Origin: a virus
Taxonomy: Duplodnaviria; Caudoviricetes
DNA: 64,000 bases
Reading direction: 5' to 3' (one strand)
IMG/VR virus record: IMGVR_UViG_3300028797_000004
Notes under the pieces: generated by a model
The model's database searches: none
The model's input: the letters and a program-made list of their open reading frames with translations, nothing else
Told to the model about the DNA's origin: nothing
Made by a program: the position numbers and the translations under genes
In this document: one piece after another, positions 40,973-51,760 of the stretch
Position numbering within the stretch: the stretch's first letter is position 1
Layout: each line of letters starts with the position of its first letter

Positions 40973-41676
40973 AGTTTATACGACAGTCTGTAGAAATCAG
41001 ATCAAAAGAATTTACTAATGAATACGTCCTTGAGCTTATTGAAGACGCGGCGAGAACGTGTTACAAATCAGAAGCGAATAAGAAACCTGGGTCAGCAGAA
41101 CGCCTAGTGAAAAACCTTATTTCTCGTGGTCATGAAGCAATGCTTGAGCATGGGCCTGCATTATCTATGAGATTCATCACTGACCGAGGTATTACACACG
41201 AGATAGTTCGACATCGACTTTTCTCATTTGCTCACGAATCCACAAGGTATGTGAAGTACGGACAAGCTGGTGAGGATATGGAATTTATCCTGCCCGAAGA
41301 GAAGGGGTACATTACGCAACCTGATAAGCTGCTTGCTCGTAGCTGGCATCGCATTGTTGAAAGCGATGATGAAACCGCTGACTACTTTGCTTTGCCGCCG
41401 ATTGAACAAGAAGTCATCGCTGCTTTCACAGGAGCCGAAGCTCACTATCGTGCATTGTTAGAACTTGGCTGCCAGCCTCAAGCTGCTCGTGATGTACTGC
41501 CTACTGATGTTAAAACAGAAATCGTAGTTACAGGTAATATTCGAGAGTGGCGTCATTTTTTCACATTGAGATGTGATAAGGCTGCACATCCTCGTATGCA
41601 GTTGCTTGCAAATACAGCATTAGAGCTTGCGTATAACAGATGCCCGCTTGTATTTGCCGATATTGTGAACCAGTAA
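40969..41676 (+). CDS. thyX: Flavin-dependent thymidylate synthase
   Basis: GHEAMLEH, RHRLFSFAHESTRY, ARDVLP, NIREWRHF..LR...AHP. Confidence 0.93.
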   Translation: MKFIRQSVEIRSKEFTNEYVLELIEDAARTCYKSEANKKPGSAERLVKNLISRGHEAMLEHGPALSMRFITDRGITHEIVRHRLFSFAHESTRYVKYGQAGEDMEFILPEEKGYITQPDKLLARSWHRIVESDDETADYFALPPIEQEVIAAFTGAEAHYRALLELGCQPQAARDVLPTDVKTEIVVTGNIREWRHFFTLRCDKAAHPRMQLLANTALELAYNRCPLVFADIVNQ

Positions 41677-41743
41677 CAACTGAACATTAGGCTCGCCCAC
41701 CCCCGTTACCTTTTATATAGGTAACTAGGAGGTGGGCATTTCT

Positions 41744-41974
41744 ATGGAGATATTTGATTATCTAACACTACCAAACACAGATGTGAAGATATATCCTGGA
41801 TCACGTATACGCATACATAGATTTGATAACGAAATCTGGCTTGTTAGCGTAGGTTGGTATGCTTGGGGCGGTAATCGTGAAGTCTGCGGTTGGTATCTCA
41901 CTTCTGAATCTACAGGTAAGATAAAACCTTTGCAGCGTCCCGATCTTGAAGATGCATACGCTGTAATTAATTGA
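41744..41974 (+). CDS. Hypothetical late protein
   Basis: GGAGG RBS; late motif upstream. Confidence 0.55.
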   Translation: MEIFDYLTLPNTDVKIYPGSRIRIHRFDNEIWLVSVGWYAWGGNREVCGWYLTSESTGKIKPLQRPDLEDAYAVIN

Positions 41975-41985
41975 GAGGTGATCAT

Positions 41986-42222
41986 ATGCTTACAATACAT
42001 AATGTAAAACATAAAGGCTGGATCACAGGTACACAACAAGAAACTATATCAATCGACTTCTATGAGCTATTCGCTGATGAGGATACAGACCTCCCTTCTG
42101 ATCCATATCATTTCAGCACACCTACACAGAAGTATAAGATTGATACAGGTTCACTTGCATACATCATATCAACAGGTGATGTATACATGATGAAATCAGA
42201 TGGTACTTGGGTACTGCAATGA
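41986..42222 (+). CDS. Small tail/fibre-associated protein
   Basis: GSLAYIISTGDVYMMKSDGTW motif common in fibre modules. Confidence 0.5.
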   Translation: MLTIHNVKHKGWITGTQQETISIDFYELFADEDTDLPSDPYHFSTPTQKYKIDTGSLAYIISTGDVYMMKSDGTWVLQ

Positions 42223-42237
42223 TAGGAGGGAACCTGA

Positions 42238-42606
42238 ATGTTCAATACAACAAGTGATTTATTCGCCATTCTACTTGCAAGAGCTACTGGCGGTGGCGGA
42301 GGCGGTGGTGGAGGCGGTGACGGTAATTGTAGTATTATCGCAAAAACCACAGCTCAATGGAACGCTACACCGCGGTTAGTTTCCCATAAAGATACCATAT
42401 ATGTGTATACAGACTTCGACGAACAGAACGGAGTTGACATACCTGCGATAAAGATTGGTGATGGTACAACATTTGTAGTAGCTTTACCATTCCTTGCAGG
42501 GAGTGCTGTTACGGTAACTCCACAACAAGTCGAGAGTTGGAATAATAAGGTAACAGCGTATCAAGATGAATCAGACGGTGAAAATTTAATTCTTTCAAAG
42601 ATTTAA
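42238..42606 (+). CDS. Tail-fibre-associated protein (Mtd/hyaluronidase N-terminal-like)
   Basis: Poly-Gly, TTAQW...IKIGDG...LP. Confidence 0.6.
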   Translation: MFNTTSDLFAILLARATGGGGGGGGGGDGNCSIIAKTTAQWNATPRLVSHKDTIYVYTDFDEQNGVDIPAIKIGDGTTFVVALPFLAGSAVTVTPQQVESWNNKVTAYQDESDGENLILSKI

Positions 42607-42659
42607 AGACACTGTTTGTATATTAAATTAAAATTTATTTTTAAGGAGTGATTTTTGTT

Positions 42660-43931
42660 ATGGCAAATTTCAAGTATTTTTCTAAGGTGACATTACCTGA
42701 CAGTACGGAAGCTGATATACGTGACCGTAGTTCTATGCACTGGCTTGGTAAGACAACTACAGAGCTTGTAGACCAAGCTACAACTTCATCTATCATAATC
42801 GGTAGTATCACTTATTCTACTGCTACTACAACCGAGACTTCAACAGCTCAGAAGCTGAGAGCTAATGATTATGTTACCTATGGTAGCAATAATCAGAATT
42901 TCATTTTCGATGGTACTAAGTGGCATATTCTTTCTGAGACAGCGGCTGCAATTCCTGTAACTGATGTACAGGTTGATGGTACTTCACTTGTTGGTTCTGG
43001 TGATACTGTAGCTGACCTCAGTACAACTGGTAGCTATGACGGTGATAGTACATCACAGACATACAACCCACTTGCTACAAAGACTTATGTTGATAATGCT
43101 ATCGATGCTCTCCCTGAGCCTATGGTATTCAAGGGTACTCTCGGTGCTCAGGCTGACAATCCTACAATTACAGCTCTTCCTGTGGACGGTTCTGCTAATA
43201 TCGGTGATACCTACAAGGTAATTACAGCAGGTACATATGATTCACAGGCTGCTAAGGTTGGTGACTTATTCATTTGCCTTACTAAGACTACAAATGCTAA
43301 CACATGGTCATACGTTCCGTCAGGTGATGAGCCCTCTGGTACTGTAACTAATGTAGCCGCAGGTGTAGGTCTTACAACTGCTGACGGTAATCCTATCACA
43401 TCTACAGGTACTATCAAGGCAAAGCTTACTTCTGAGACAGCTCTCACAGGTGACGGTGTTGCTTCTGTTGGTGTTGATGGTAGCGGTAATCTTGCTGTTG
43501 ATATCAGAGTAGTAGACGGTACTTATAACGCTTCTACTAACAAGGTAGCTACACAGTCTACAGTAACAAATGCTATCGAAGCTCTTGACGGTGGTACAAT
43601 TGGTACTCCCGGAGCAGGTAAGACTGTTACAGCACTCTCACAGACAGACGGTAATGTAAGTGCTACATTCGGTGATATCTCTATCACAGTATCTCAGGTA
43701 TCTGATGTAACAGCTACAACTACAATTCATAATCCTACAGCTGCGACAGTTGTTACAGATGTTGGCGTAGCAAACGCAAGCTCTACAACAGCTACAGGTG
43801 CAATTGCATACTATTCATACGATGCTTCTACCGAAGCTCTCACACTCAAGCAGATCACAGTTGCTACTGGTGATTCTATCTCTACAACAGATGTTGCAAA
43901 TGTTGTTGTTGCAACAGCTTCACAAGGTTAA
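42660..43931 (+). CDS. Tail fibre-like protein
   Basis: Thr/Gly-rich; ATKTYVD, FKG..GDTY motifs. Confidence 0.65.
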   Translation: MANFKYFSKVTLPDSTEADIRDRSSMHWLGKTTTELVDQATTSSIIIGSITYSTATTTETSTAQKLRANDYVTYGSNNQNFIFDGTKWHILSETAAAIPVTDVQVDGTSLVGSGDTVADLSTTGSYDGDSTSQTYNPLATKTYVDNAIDALPEPMVFKGTLGAQADNPTITALPVDGSANIGDTYKVITAGTYDSQAAKVGDLFICLTKTTNANTWSYVPSGDEPSGTVTNVAAGVGLTTADGNPITSTGTIKAKLTSETALTGDGVASVGVDGSGNLAVDIRVVDGTYNASTNKVATQSTVTNAIEALDGGTIGTPGAGKTVTALSQTDGNVSATFGDISITVSQVSDVTATTTIHNPTAATVVTDVGVANASSTTATGAIAYYSYDASTEALTLKQITVATGDSISTTDVANVVVATASQG

Positions 43932-44024
43932 TAAACAACACAGAGCAGAGCCTACGCACACTTAGCCCCAATAAAGTAAGTCTGCGTAGGCTTACTTTTT
44001 CACATATAAGGAAGTGAAGTTTAT

Positions 44025-46403
44025 ATGTCTAATGTATCGAAAATTACATTACCTAACGGTAGTGATATAAATATAAAGGACTCTACTGCGGTTCGTGGTT
44101 TGAGCTCTGGCACTAATCAAAATAATCTTGTTAAGTGGGGTTCTGATGGTTATACTGTAGCTGATGCAGGAGTAGCTATACAGAGTGATACTATCTCTAC
44201 ACAAGATAATACTAAAGTTCCTACTAATAAGGCTGTTGCTTCTTTTGTTAATAGTTCTGTGGCTACTAACACAGCTAATTTTGTAGGTACTTATAAATCA
44301 TTAGCTGAATTACAGGCAGTACAGAATCCTACTAATAATGACTATGGTTTTGTATCTACTGTTGATTCTGCTATCCTTACTACTTCTCAGCCTGCGGATT
44401 GGACTACTAATTATACTGATTATTATACCTATAGTGGTGGTGTGTATACTCCTGTAACTGGTTCATCTGCTCCTACTTGGCAGGCTAATACTTACTACAA
44501 AGCTGATAACTTAATATTTAGCAGATATAAGTATGTAGCTTCTTCTTCTACTTGGACTTATGAATATGAACTTAATAATAGCTCTTTCACGGCAGCCGAG
44601 TGGGATACTATTCAAAGTGGTCTGAGTGCTAATGATAAGGAAAAGCTTGATTCACTTGCAACTATTAAATATGTTGGAAGTGGATTAGGTCTTAATGGTA
44701 CTACAGGTGAACTTACAGCGGATGTTATTGGTGTTAAAGGCGATAGCGAAAGTAACTATAGAACAGGTAATGTAAATATTACTAAGTCTAATATTGGACT
44801 TGGTAATGTCACCAATGATGCACAGGTCAAGAAGATCAGTTCATCTACTTCAGGTAATATTATGACATGGAGTGGAACTACTGGTGATACTCCTGCTGAT
44901 AGTGGCGTATCTATTGAGACAAGTTCATCGGGAATCTCAGATAGTGATGCTAAGATTCCTACATCAAAAGATATTAGAAATAATGCAGCTGGAATTGCAA
45001 AGCTCACAGGGTATACTAAAGCTACAGGTGATGTAGCAGCGACTGATACTATTACGACTGCTATCGGTAAGCTTGAAACAAAGGCTGATAATAATACAAC
45101 CAACATTGGTAAGGTTCAGACACAAGCTAACTGGAACACTAATAATGGTGTGAAGAATCTTGCAACTGAAAACAACTTTAGTAATACAGGTTATTATAAA
45201 GACGTTCCTGTTGACGGTTCACTTACAGGAAATGTTGCCGTTTACATTGGTAACATTATATCTACTGATACTGATGCTAACCAATGTGCAGTCTTATTTA
45301 TTTATACTGACTATACATCATCAGCAATCCATTTAGTGAATCGTGGTACGGCTTCTTCGTTTTCGGTGAACTTGGAAGAAAAAGTTCTTAAAAGTGTACG
45401 AATCTATTCCAGTGACAACTATGTTCATAGTTCTGGCGATACTGTTACAGTAACTAACCTTATGGTTTGTCCTAAATCCCTCTACGATGCAGACTCCACC
45501 TATGAACCATACGCTCTCCCCAACACCAAGATAACCCCAGAGCTTATCGAGCTTGTTGATTCTGGGGCGAAGAATCTTGTAAATTCAACAAGTGGTAGTG
45601 GTACTCGTTGGATTGATATTCCCGTTGATATTCCAGCAGGTGAATATGCAGTATCTTTTGCAACTTTATCAACAACATGGGAAGTTTCTGCTAACCAATT
45701 GCAGATTTCATTCATGGACTCTAATTACGATATAGTTACTGATGGCTATACATATATTAATTATACAACCAAGAATGGGGTATATAAATTAAATGATACT
45801 TGTAAAATTATTCGTCTGTATGCTTCTCCAACCTCGGTGTCTGGAAAGGTTGTAACCTATACAAACATGATGATATGCACCAAAGCCGCATGGGACGTAT
45901 CACAGAAATTCGTACCCTACCGCCCAACTTACGCTGAGACTGTCGCACAGGTGGCAGAGAATGAAACCAATATTTCAACGAATGAGCGTCTGGGATATTT
46001 GAAGAATTATAACCTTTCACCTATTATTGGCGGACACTTAGACAGTGCTGGCATTATTGACAGAAAAGAATGTTTTTTGTTAGCAGGTACATATTATGTA
46101 TCATGGAAAAACTCAGGAGCAGCAAACTCAGGCACAGCAACAATGACATTTTATGATTATAATGATACAAGCGTTGGTCAAGCTACAATTACTCATTCAA
46201 GAACAAGAACTGAGGTTTCAGTGACATTAACTGATGATTGTGAAGCAATTGAGCTTACAAATGATAGTAATGTATATGTTGGTATCATTCAAGTTATGAT
46301 AACTACAATGGCTAATCAGTCATTTGTTCCGTATGCTCCATCAAACGCAGAATTATACGTAACTATTGGTAATATCAATACAGTTCTGGAAGGAGTGTTA
46401 TAA
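44025..46403 (+). CDS. Tail fibre/receptor-binding protein with three C-terminal CBM-like modules
   Basis: RTGNVNITKSNIGLGNV; repeated KN...(YE/FV)PY modules. Confidence 0.7.
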   Translation: MSNVSKITLPNGSDINIKDSTAVRGLSSGTNQNNLVKWGSDGYTVADAGVAIQSDTISTQDNTKVPTNKAVASFVNSSVATNTANFVGTYKSLAELQAVQNPTNNDYGFVSTVDSAILTTSQPADWTTNYTDYYTYSGGVYTPVTGSSAPTWQANTYYKADNLIFSRYKYVASSSTWTYEYELNNSSFTAAEWDTIQSGLSANDKEKLDSLATIKYVGSGLGLNGTTGELTADVIGVKGDSESNYRTGNVNITKSNIGLGNVTNDAQVKKISSSTSGNIMTWSGTTGDTPADSGVSIETSSSGISDSDAKIPTSKDIRNNAAGIAKLTGYTKATGDVAATDTITTAIGKLETKADNNTTNIGKVQTQANWNTNNGVKNLATENNFSNTGYYKDVPVDGSLTGNVAVYIGNIISTDTDANQCAVLFIYTDYTSSAIHLVNRGTASSFSVNLEEKVLKSVRIYSSDNYVHSSGDTVTVTNLMVCPKSLYDADSTYEPYALPNTKITPELIELVDSGAKNLVNSTSGSGTRWIDIPVDIPAGEYAVSFATLSTTWEVSANQLQISFMDSNYDIVTDGYTYINYTTKNGVYKLNDTCKIIRLYASPTSVSGKVVTYTNMMICTKAAWDVSQKFVPYRPTYAETVAQVAENETNISTNERLGYLKNYNLSPIIGGHLDSAGIIDRKECFLLAGTYYVSWKNSGAANSGTATMTFYDYNDTSVGQATITHSRTRTEVSVTLTDDCEAIELTNDSNVYVGIIQVMITTMANQSFVPYAPSNAELYVTIGNINTVLEGVL

Positions 46404-46406
46404 ATT

Positions 46407-48128
46407 ATGCCAGAACATACATTAGCTGAAAATTTAACACGACTTCAGAATGCTAAAACCGCTATCAGTGATGCTATCATATCAAAAGGTGGTACTGTCG
46501 GTAGCGGTGATGGCTTCGAGGATTTCCCTGCTGATATCGATACTATTTCAGGCGGAACTCAGTTAATTGTATCTCCTAATGCTAAACCTCTGACTATGCA
46601 TATTAGAGATGATGCTTGGGAAACTAAGGGTGATTGGTCGGGTATATCCACAACGCTTTCTGGTAGTAATGTATGGACAGACGGAGAAAATATCTATTAT
46701 TCATCTGATGCATACCAATATGTTCTCGATAAATCTACATCAACTTGGTCAACAAAAACCTGGAATGGATTGACGAGTTTTTCTGGTCAATATATATGGA
46801 CAGACGGAACAAACATCTATTATTCAAACGGTTCAACATATGTTCTCAACAAATCTACTTCAACTTGGACAACAAAAACCTGGAGTGGATTGACGAGTAT
46901 TTATGGAATCTATATTTGGAGAGTCGGAACAAACATCTATTATTCATATGGTTCAACCCAGAAAGTTCTCAACAAATCAACCTCAACATGGTCAACTAAA
47001 ACCTGGAGTGGATTGACGAATTTTAATAGTAACTATATCTGGACAGACGGTACTAATATCTATTATTCATACGGTTCAACTCAATATGTTCTCAACAATT
47101 CAACTTGGACAACTAAAACCTGGAGTGGATTGACAACTTTTAATGGTAATAATATCTGGACAGATGGAGAGAATATTTATTATTCATATAATACAACTCA
47201 ATATGTTCTTGATAAATCTACATCAACTTGGAGTAGAAAAGATTGGGGCGTATTGTGGAGTTTTGATGGTAAAAATATCTGGATAGATGGTGAAACTATC
47301 TATTATTCGGAGAGTTCAGGTAATCAATATACTCTCAATAAATCTACATCAGCTTGGTCAACAAAAACTTGGAGTGGATTAACGGGTTTCTATAATGACA
47401 ATCTCTGGACAGACGGAGAAAATATCTACTATTCGTACGCTACAGACCAATATGTTCTCGACAAATCCACATCAACTTGGAGTACAAAAACTTGGACTGG
47501 ACTGGCGAGTTTCGATGGTACACAAGTGTGGACAGACGGAAAAAACATCTATTATTCAATTGGTTCAACCCACCGTGTTCTCGATAAATCTACCTCAACG
47601 TGGAGTACAAAGACATGGAGTGGTTTGACGAGTTTCGATGGTATATATATATGGACAGATGGAGAAAATATCTATTATTCAGCTGGCTCAAAGCACTATG
47701 TTCTCAATGAATCAACTTCAACCTGGTCAACTAAAACCTGGAGTGGATTGACAAGTTTTTATGCCAATAATATCTGGACAGATGGCGAAAACATCTATTA
47801 TTCAAGTAGTTCAAATCAATATGTTCTTGATAAATCAACTTCGACTTGGTCAACTAAAACATGGAGTGGTTGGACGAATTTTTATGGTCGATATATCTGG
47901 ACAGACGGAGAAAACATCTATTATTCAGAGGGTTCAACCCAGAAAGTTCTCAATGAATCAACTTCAACCTGGTCAACTAAAACCTGGAGTGGATTGACAA
48001 GTTTTTATGCCAATAATATCTGGACAGATGGCGAAAACATCTATTATTCGCTTGGCTCAACTCAATATGTTATCTATGAACATGATACTACACTACCTGC
48101 TCCCAAAAGCACTGTCCTCTATGATTAG
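46407..48128 (+). CDS. Trp-rich repeat protein (12 x ~41 aa), putative beta-propeller adhesin
   Basis: WTDGENIYYS..QYVLDKSTSTWSTKTWSGLTSF repeated 12 times; N-terminal AKTAI..AI..KGG domain. Confidence 0.75.
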   Translation: MPEHTLAENLTRLQNAKTAISDAIISKGGTVGSGDGFEDFPADIDTISGGTQLIVSPNAKPLTMHIRDDAWETKGDWSGISTTLSGSNVWTDGENIYYSSDAYQYVLDKSTSTWSTKTWNGLTSFSGQYIWTDGTNIYYSNGSTYVLNKSTSTWTTKTWSGLTSIYGIYIWRVGTNIYYSYGSTQKVLNKSTSTWSTKTWSGLTNFNSNYIWTDGTNIYYSYGSTQYVLNNSTWTTKTWSGLTTFNGNNIWTDGENIYYSYNTTQYVLDKSTSTWSRKDWGVLWSFDGKNIWIDGETIYYSESSGNQYTLNKSTSAWSTKTWSGLTGFYNDNLWTDGENIYYSYATDQYVLDKSTSTWSTKTWTGLASFDGTQVWTDGKNIYYSIGSTHRVLDKSTSTWSTKTWSGLTSFDGIYIWTDGENIYYSAGSKHYVLNESTSTWSTKTWSGLTSFYANNIWTDGENIYYSSSSNQYVLDKSTSTWSTKTWSGWTNFYGRYIWTDGENIYYSEGSTQKVLNESTSTWSTKTWSGLTSFYANNIWTDGENIYYSLGSTQYVIYEHDTTLPAPKSTVLYD

Positions 48129-48148
48129 AAAGAAAGGAGTGATATATT

Positions 48149-49135
48149 ATGCCGACTCAGACTATAGCACAACAATTACAAAAGCTTATTACTGCTAAGA
48201 GTGATATAGCTGATGCTATCATAGCAAAAGGTGGTACTGTTAATAGCGGTGATGGTTTTGAAGAATTTCCTGCTGATATAGATAGTATTCCTATTAGTAG
48301 TGGTGGTCTATTAACGTCTATCCACTGTAAACCTATGAGAGATAAGAGAACGAGTTGGGAGACTAAGGCATGGAGTGGATTAACGAGTTTCGGTGGTAAC
48401 GGCATCTGGACAGACGGAGAAAATATCTATTACTCGAATAATTCAACCCAATATGTTCTCGATGAGTCCACATCAACATGGACTACAAAAACTTGGACTG
48501 GATTAACGAGTTTTGATGGTTACAATGTGTGGACAGACGGAGAAAACATCTATTATTCAAATGCTGCATCTCAGTATGTTCTCAATAAATCCACATCAAC
48601 ATGGTCAACAAAAACTTGGACTGGATTGACGAGTTTTTATGGTAATTATATCTGGACAGATGGAGAAAATATCTATTATTCATACAGTTCAACTCAATAT
48701 GTTCTTGATAAATCTACTTCAACATGGAATAACAAGACATGGGGCGGATTAACGAGTTTTGATGGTTACTATATCTGGACAGATGGAGAAAATATCTATT
48801 ATTCAAGTTTTTCAACTCAATATGTTCTCGATAAATCAACGTCAGCATGGACACAGAAAACTTGGTTTGGGTTGACTGATGCCATTGGTCAATATATCTG
48901 GACAGACGGAGAAAATATCTATTATTCAGAGGGTTCAGGTTATCAATATGTTCTCAATAAATCCACATCAACATGGTCAACAAAAACTTGGACTGGATTG
49001 ACGAGTTTTTATGGTCAAGGTATATGGACAGACGGAGAAAACATCTATTATTCAAATGGTTCAAACCAATATATCTTAGCCAAAACTCCCACAACATATT
49101 TATCCCCAGCATTAACCCCGTCATTACCGGGTTAA
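48149..49135 (+). CDS. Paralogous Trp-rich repeat protein (6 x 41 aa)
   Basis: Same repeat 6 times and the same N-terminal domain. Confidence 0.75.
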   Translation: MPTQTIAQQLQKLITAKSDIADAIIAKGGTVNSGDGFEEFPADIDSIPISSGGLLTSIHCKPMRDKRTSWETKAWSGLTSFGGNGIWTDGENIYYSNNSTQYVLDESTSTWTTKTWTGLTSFDGYNVWTDGENIYYSNAASQYVLNKSTSTWSTKTWTGLTSFYGNYIWTDGENIYYSYSSTQYVLDKSTSTWNNKTWGGLTSFDGYYIWTDGENIYYSSFSTQYVLDKSTSAWTQKTWFGLTDAIGQYIWTDGENIYYSEGSGYQYVLNKSTSTWSTKTWTGLTSFYGQGIWTDGENIYYSNGSNQYILAKTPTTYLSPALTPSLPG

Positions 49136-49175
49136 TAATAAATAAAAATTCTAAATCAGAAAGGAAAATTTTACT

Positions 49176-49400
49176 ATGGAAAAGTATTATCTTGTTATCA
49201 TTCAGAATGATGAAGCACAGGCTATCTATAAATACGATAGCTATAATGCAGCACTTGCAGCATACCACAATGAATTAGCATATAGAGCCGAGGGAAGAAC
49301 ATCTACCCGTTGTGCAATTCTCAACTCAGAATTAGTTGTGGTTATGTATGAGAGTTATGTTGCAAATGCTACACCTAATGAGGAAACACAGTCTGAATAA
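49176..49400 (+). CDS. Small hypothetical protein
   Basis: AAGGA RBS. Confidence 0.55.
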   Translation: MEKYYLVIIQNDEAQAIYKYDSYNAALAAYHNELAYRAEGRTSTRCAILNSELVVVMYESYVANATPNEETQSE

Positions 49401-49700
49401 ACCAAGGACATAGTTTGAAATGACGTTAAACTATTACAAACCTTAAATAGAGGTGAGCTATAAAAGAACTCACCTCTATTATTTTTTTTTTATATGAAAG
49501 GTGTGTATCAGACTGTGATACCAGACGATCTCGGAAAGAAAGCAGAAGCAAAGATAAAAGCATGGTTAGATAGACCTGCGGAAGGATATTGTATAGATAG
49601 AGTATACGACCAACTATCAGGATTCTACGGTTCAAAGAATCTGAATTTTAGCATTGGTCTTCATGTGAATCGTTATTAAATATGAAAGGGGTAAACTGCT

Positions 49701-50018
49701 ATGAAGTTATATATTCGTGCAGCTACACTGACGCCTAAAGATGTGAAGCGCATGTACGATGCTGGTGAGTTAGAAAATCACAAAGGCTATGAAGTTGATG
49801 TGCTGAATAGAGCTGGTGGACTTCTTACTCACAATTATCTTGACTGCTTCACATATCAAGGTAAATATTATATCTACTGTGATTTACATGGCTGGACGTA
49901 TGCTAGAGGTGGTGGCGAAGCTCGAAATAGGTTTCTGAAAGAGTTTGATAACAAGAATCAAGCTAATGCCTACTTCAAGAAGCTGGTTCAAGGTAGAAAG
50001 TACAGGAGGATAGAATGA
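49701..50018 (+). CDS. Tagged hypothetical protein (MKLYIRAA)
   Basis: RBS; shared leader. Confidence 0.65.
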   Translation: MKLYIRAATLTPKDVKRMYDAGELENHKGYEVDVLNRAGGLLTHNYLDCFTYQGKYYIYCDLHGWTYARGGGEARNRFLKEFDNKNQANAYFKKLVQGRKYRRIE

Positions 50019-50572
50019 AACTATATATCAAAGCTGCAACAACTCCTGCAGAATACAACAATCGTCAAACAGAAGTGGGCTCTACTTTGAAGACATACAA
50101 AGGTTCACCTATCAAGCGTAGCACTAAGTATGGTGTCGGTAAGGAGATCGGCGGAGACATATATGTACATAAGATGTATGCCGATGCTGTAGTGCCTGCA
50201 GATGTACTTGCTAGAGCGAAGTCAATCCTGCAGCAGAGCTATCCTGATTTTCAATATAACTGTATTCGCTATTCTCCGAAGACTGGAGCAGTATCGTTTC
50301 AAGAAGTTCCTGATTTTGACACAGCTCGTGAACCTAAAGTAGGTCACTATATTACAATACTTCCTGACGGCTCTGTAAAAACTGGATATTCACCTTATAT
50401 CTTTCATCACAAGTGGCTCTGGGTGAAAAATGATTATTCAGGTTTCGATGTAGCTGAAAGCTGGAATTGGTCACGTCAGTGGCTAAACACATTGCAAGAG
50501 ACATCAGACGGTAACGGTATTGGTCGCTGGAATGCCCAGCTAGATCGATACGGTCTACCGCATGATAATTAA
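50015..50572 (+). CDS. Tagged protein (MKLYIKAA) resembling the non-catalytic domain of phosphorothioation-associated methyltransferases
   Basis: VGKEIGGDIYVH...VSF...PDFD...EP...IFHHK..V. Confidence 0.5.
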   Translation: MKLYIKAATTPAEYNNRQTEVGSTLKTYKGSPIKRSTKYGVGKEIGGDIYVHKMYADAVVPADVLARAKSILQQSYPDFQYNCIRYSPKTGAVSFQEVPDFDTAREPKVGHYITILPDGSVKTGYSPYIFHHKWLWVKNDYSGFDVAESWNWSRQWLNTLQETSDGNGIGRWNAQLDRYGLPHDN

Positions 50573-50603
50573 GCGTATAAGGGTATGAGGTTGAAAAATT
50601 CAT

Positions 50604-50906
50604 ATGCATAAATCACATGATATAGGGACTGTTGAGGTGAATGTTATGTCTGAAATTTTAGTTATCAGCCCATACCACTATGCGCTTGCACAGAAAGTAG
50701 ACGACATTAAGCTGCGCAAATTCTGTGCACAAGACAATAACTACAACTTATACGCTATACAAGCTCTGCCTTATGAAGTTGCTGAGAAGATAAAAGGTCA
50801 ATCCTTTGACTTCGCTTACATTGACAACCATTATATTGATGAAGAGATTGCAGAGATTCGCTCACATATCACTGGTGAGCAGTACAAGCGTATTAAATTC
50901 TTTTGA
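50604..50906 (+). CDS. Hypothetical protein
   Basis: GAGGTG RBS before the internal MSEIL start. Confidence 0.5.
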   Translation: MHKSHDIGTVEVNVMSEILVISPYHYALAQKVDDIKLRKFCAQDNNYNLYAIQALPYEVAEKIKGQSFDFAYIDNHYIDEEIAEIRSHITGEQYKRIKFF

Positions 50907-51013
50907 CATCTTCCTGTTCATATTTGAACAATCTCCTTATTACTGAGGTATCGCAACCCCTGCGGTACCTCTCTTTTTGTAGTGGATCCGTCAAAGATTA
51001 ATGAACGATTAAT

Positions 51014-51078
51014 GAATCGTAAATAATTGATTAATTTTCTGAAAAACTATTGATTTCTCGCCTATGCGATGCTATAAT
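51014..51078 (+). promoter_or_regulatory. Host sigmaA-type early promoter, copy 2
   Basis: TTGATT-17 bp-TATAAT with extended TG; 44 bp identical to copy 1. Confidence 0.85.
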
Positions 51079-51132
51079 ATACTTGTAAACAAATTCACCT
51101 CATATTCTACTTTTGAAAGGTTGGTAGATCTT

Positions 51133-51369
51133 ATGAAACGAACAATTGCATTTTCTTCTCCCGAGACCGGATATCTTTCGAGTATGCCTATACTCACTTC
51201 TGAAGAATTCCAGTCTGCTAAGCTCAAGTATGTCTGCACCAGTTGGAATGCAGACCCGAAAGCAAATATCCACATATACAAGAAGCTTGATAGCTCTAAT
51301 GAATACGTCGGTGTCGAAGAAGCAGACATTGACGAAGCTATCGCAGCCATCAACATCTTGCTCAGCTAA
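51133..51369 (+). CDS. Early hypothetical protein
   Basis: First ORF after the early promoter. Confidence 0.55.
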   Translation: MKRTIAFSSPETGYLSSMPILTSEEFQSAKLKYVCTSWNADPKANIHIYKKLDSSNEYVGVEEADIDEAIAAINILLS

Positions 51370-51382
51370 GGAGGTAGGTCTT

Positions 51383-51745
51383 ATGTTAAAGAATTTAGTA
51401 CCTAGAGAGACTGTCGAGATCGTAGAGCACACAATCGAGTTCACAGAGAACGGCAGCGGATTTTCATTCAAGGCAACACCAACAGGCGAAGTCATTCTTG
51501 AGAACAAAGACCAGGAAGCAAATTATCAGTTTGCTATCGCTCACCCAGAGCTGTTCACAGATGAGTACAACAAGTTCCGCACAAGACGTCGTCACTACAC
51601 AGAAAATGCTCACGGTACTTGCACCTGCGGAGCTCAGGTAGAACTCTACAATCAGTATCAGGGAGCTTGTCAGTGTCCAAGATGCGACAGATGGTACAAC
51701 TTATTTGGGCAGGAACTTATATCCCCAGAGTACTGGGAGGACTAA
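51383..51745 (+). CDS. Early Zn-ribbon protein
   Basis: CTC...CPRC; GGAGG RBS. Confidence 0.6.
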   Translation: MLKNLVPRETVEIVEHTIEFTENGSGFSFKATPTGEVILENKDQEANYQFAIAHPELFTDEYNKFRTRRRHYTENAHGTCTCGAQVELYNQYQGACQCPRCDRWYNLFGQELISPEYWED

Positions 51746-51760
51746 TAGGAGGTAACAATC

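Noticed and set aside
46407-49135. CRISPR array or DGR target/template
   Set aside because: The repeats are in-frame 123-bp coding units; there is no reverse transcriptase, non-coding template copy or cas gene in the window
49481-49491. Poly-T phase-variation tract
   Set aside because: It directly follows a 12-bp hairpin and is explained as a terminator U-tract
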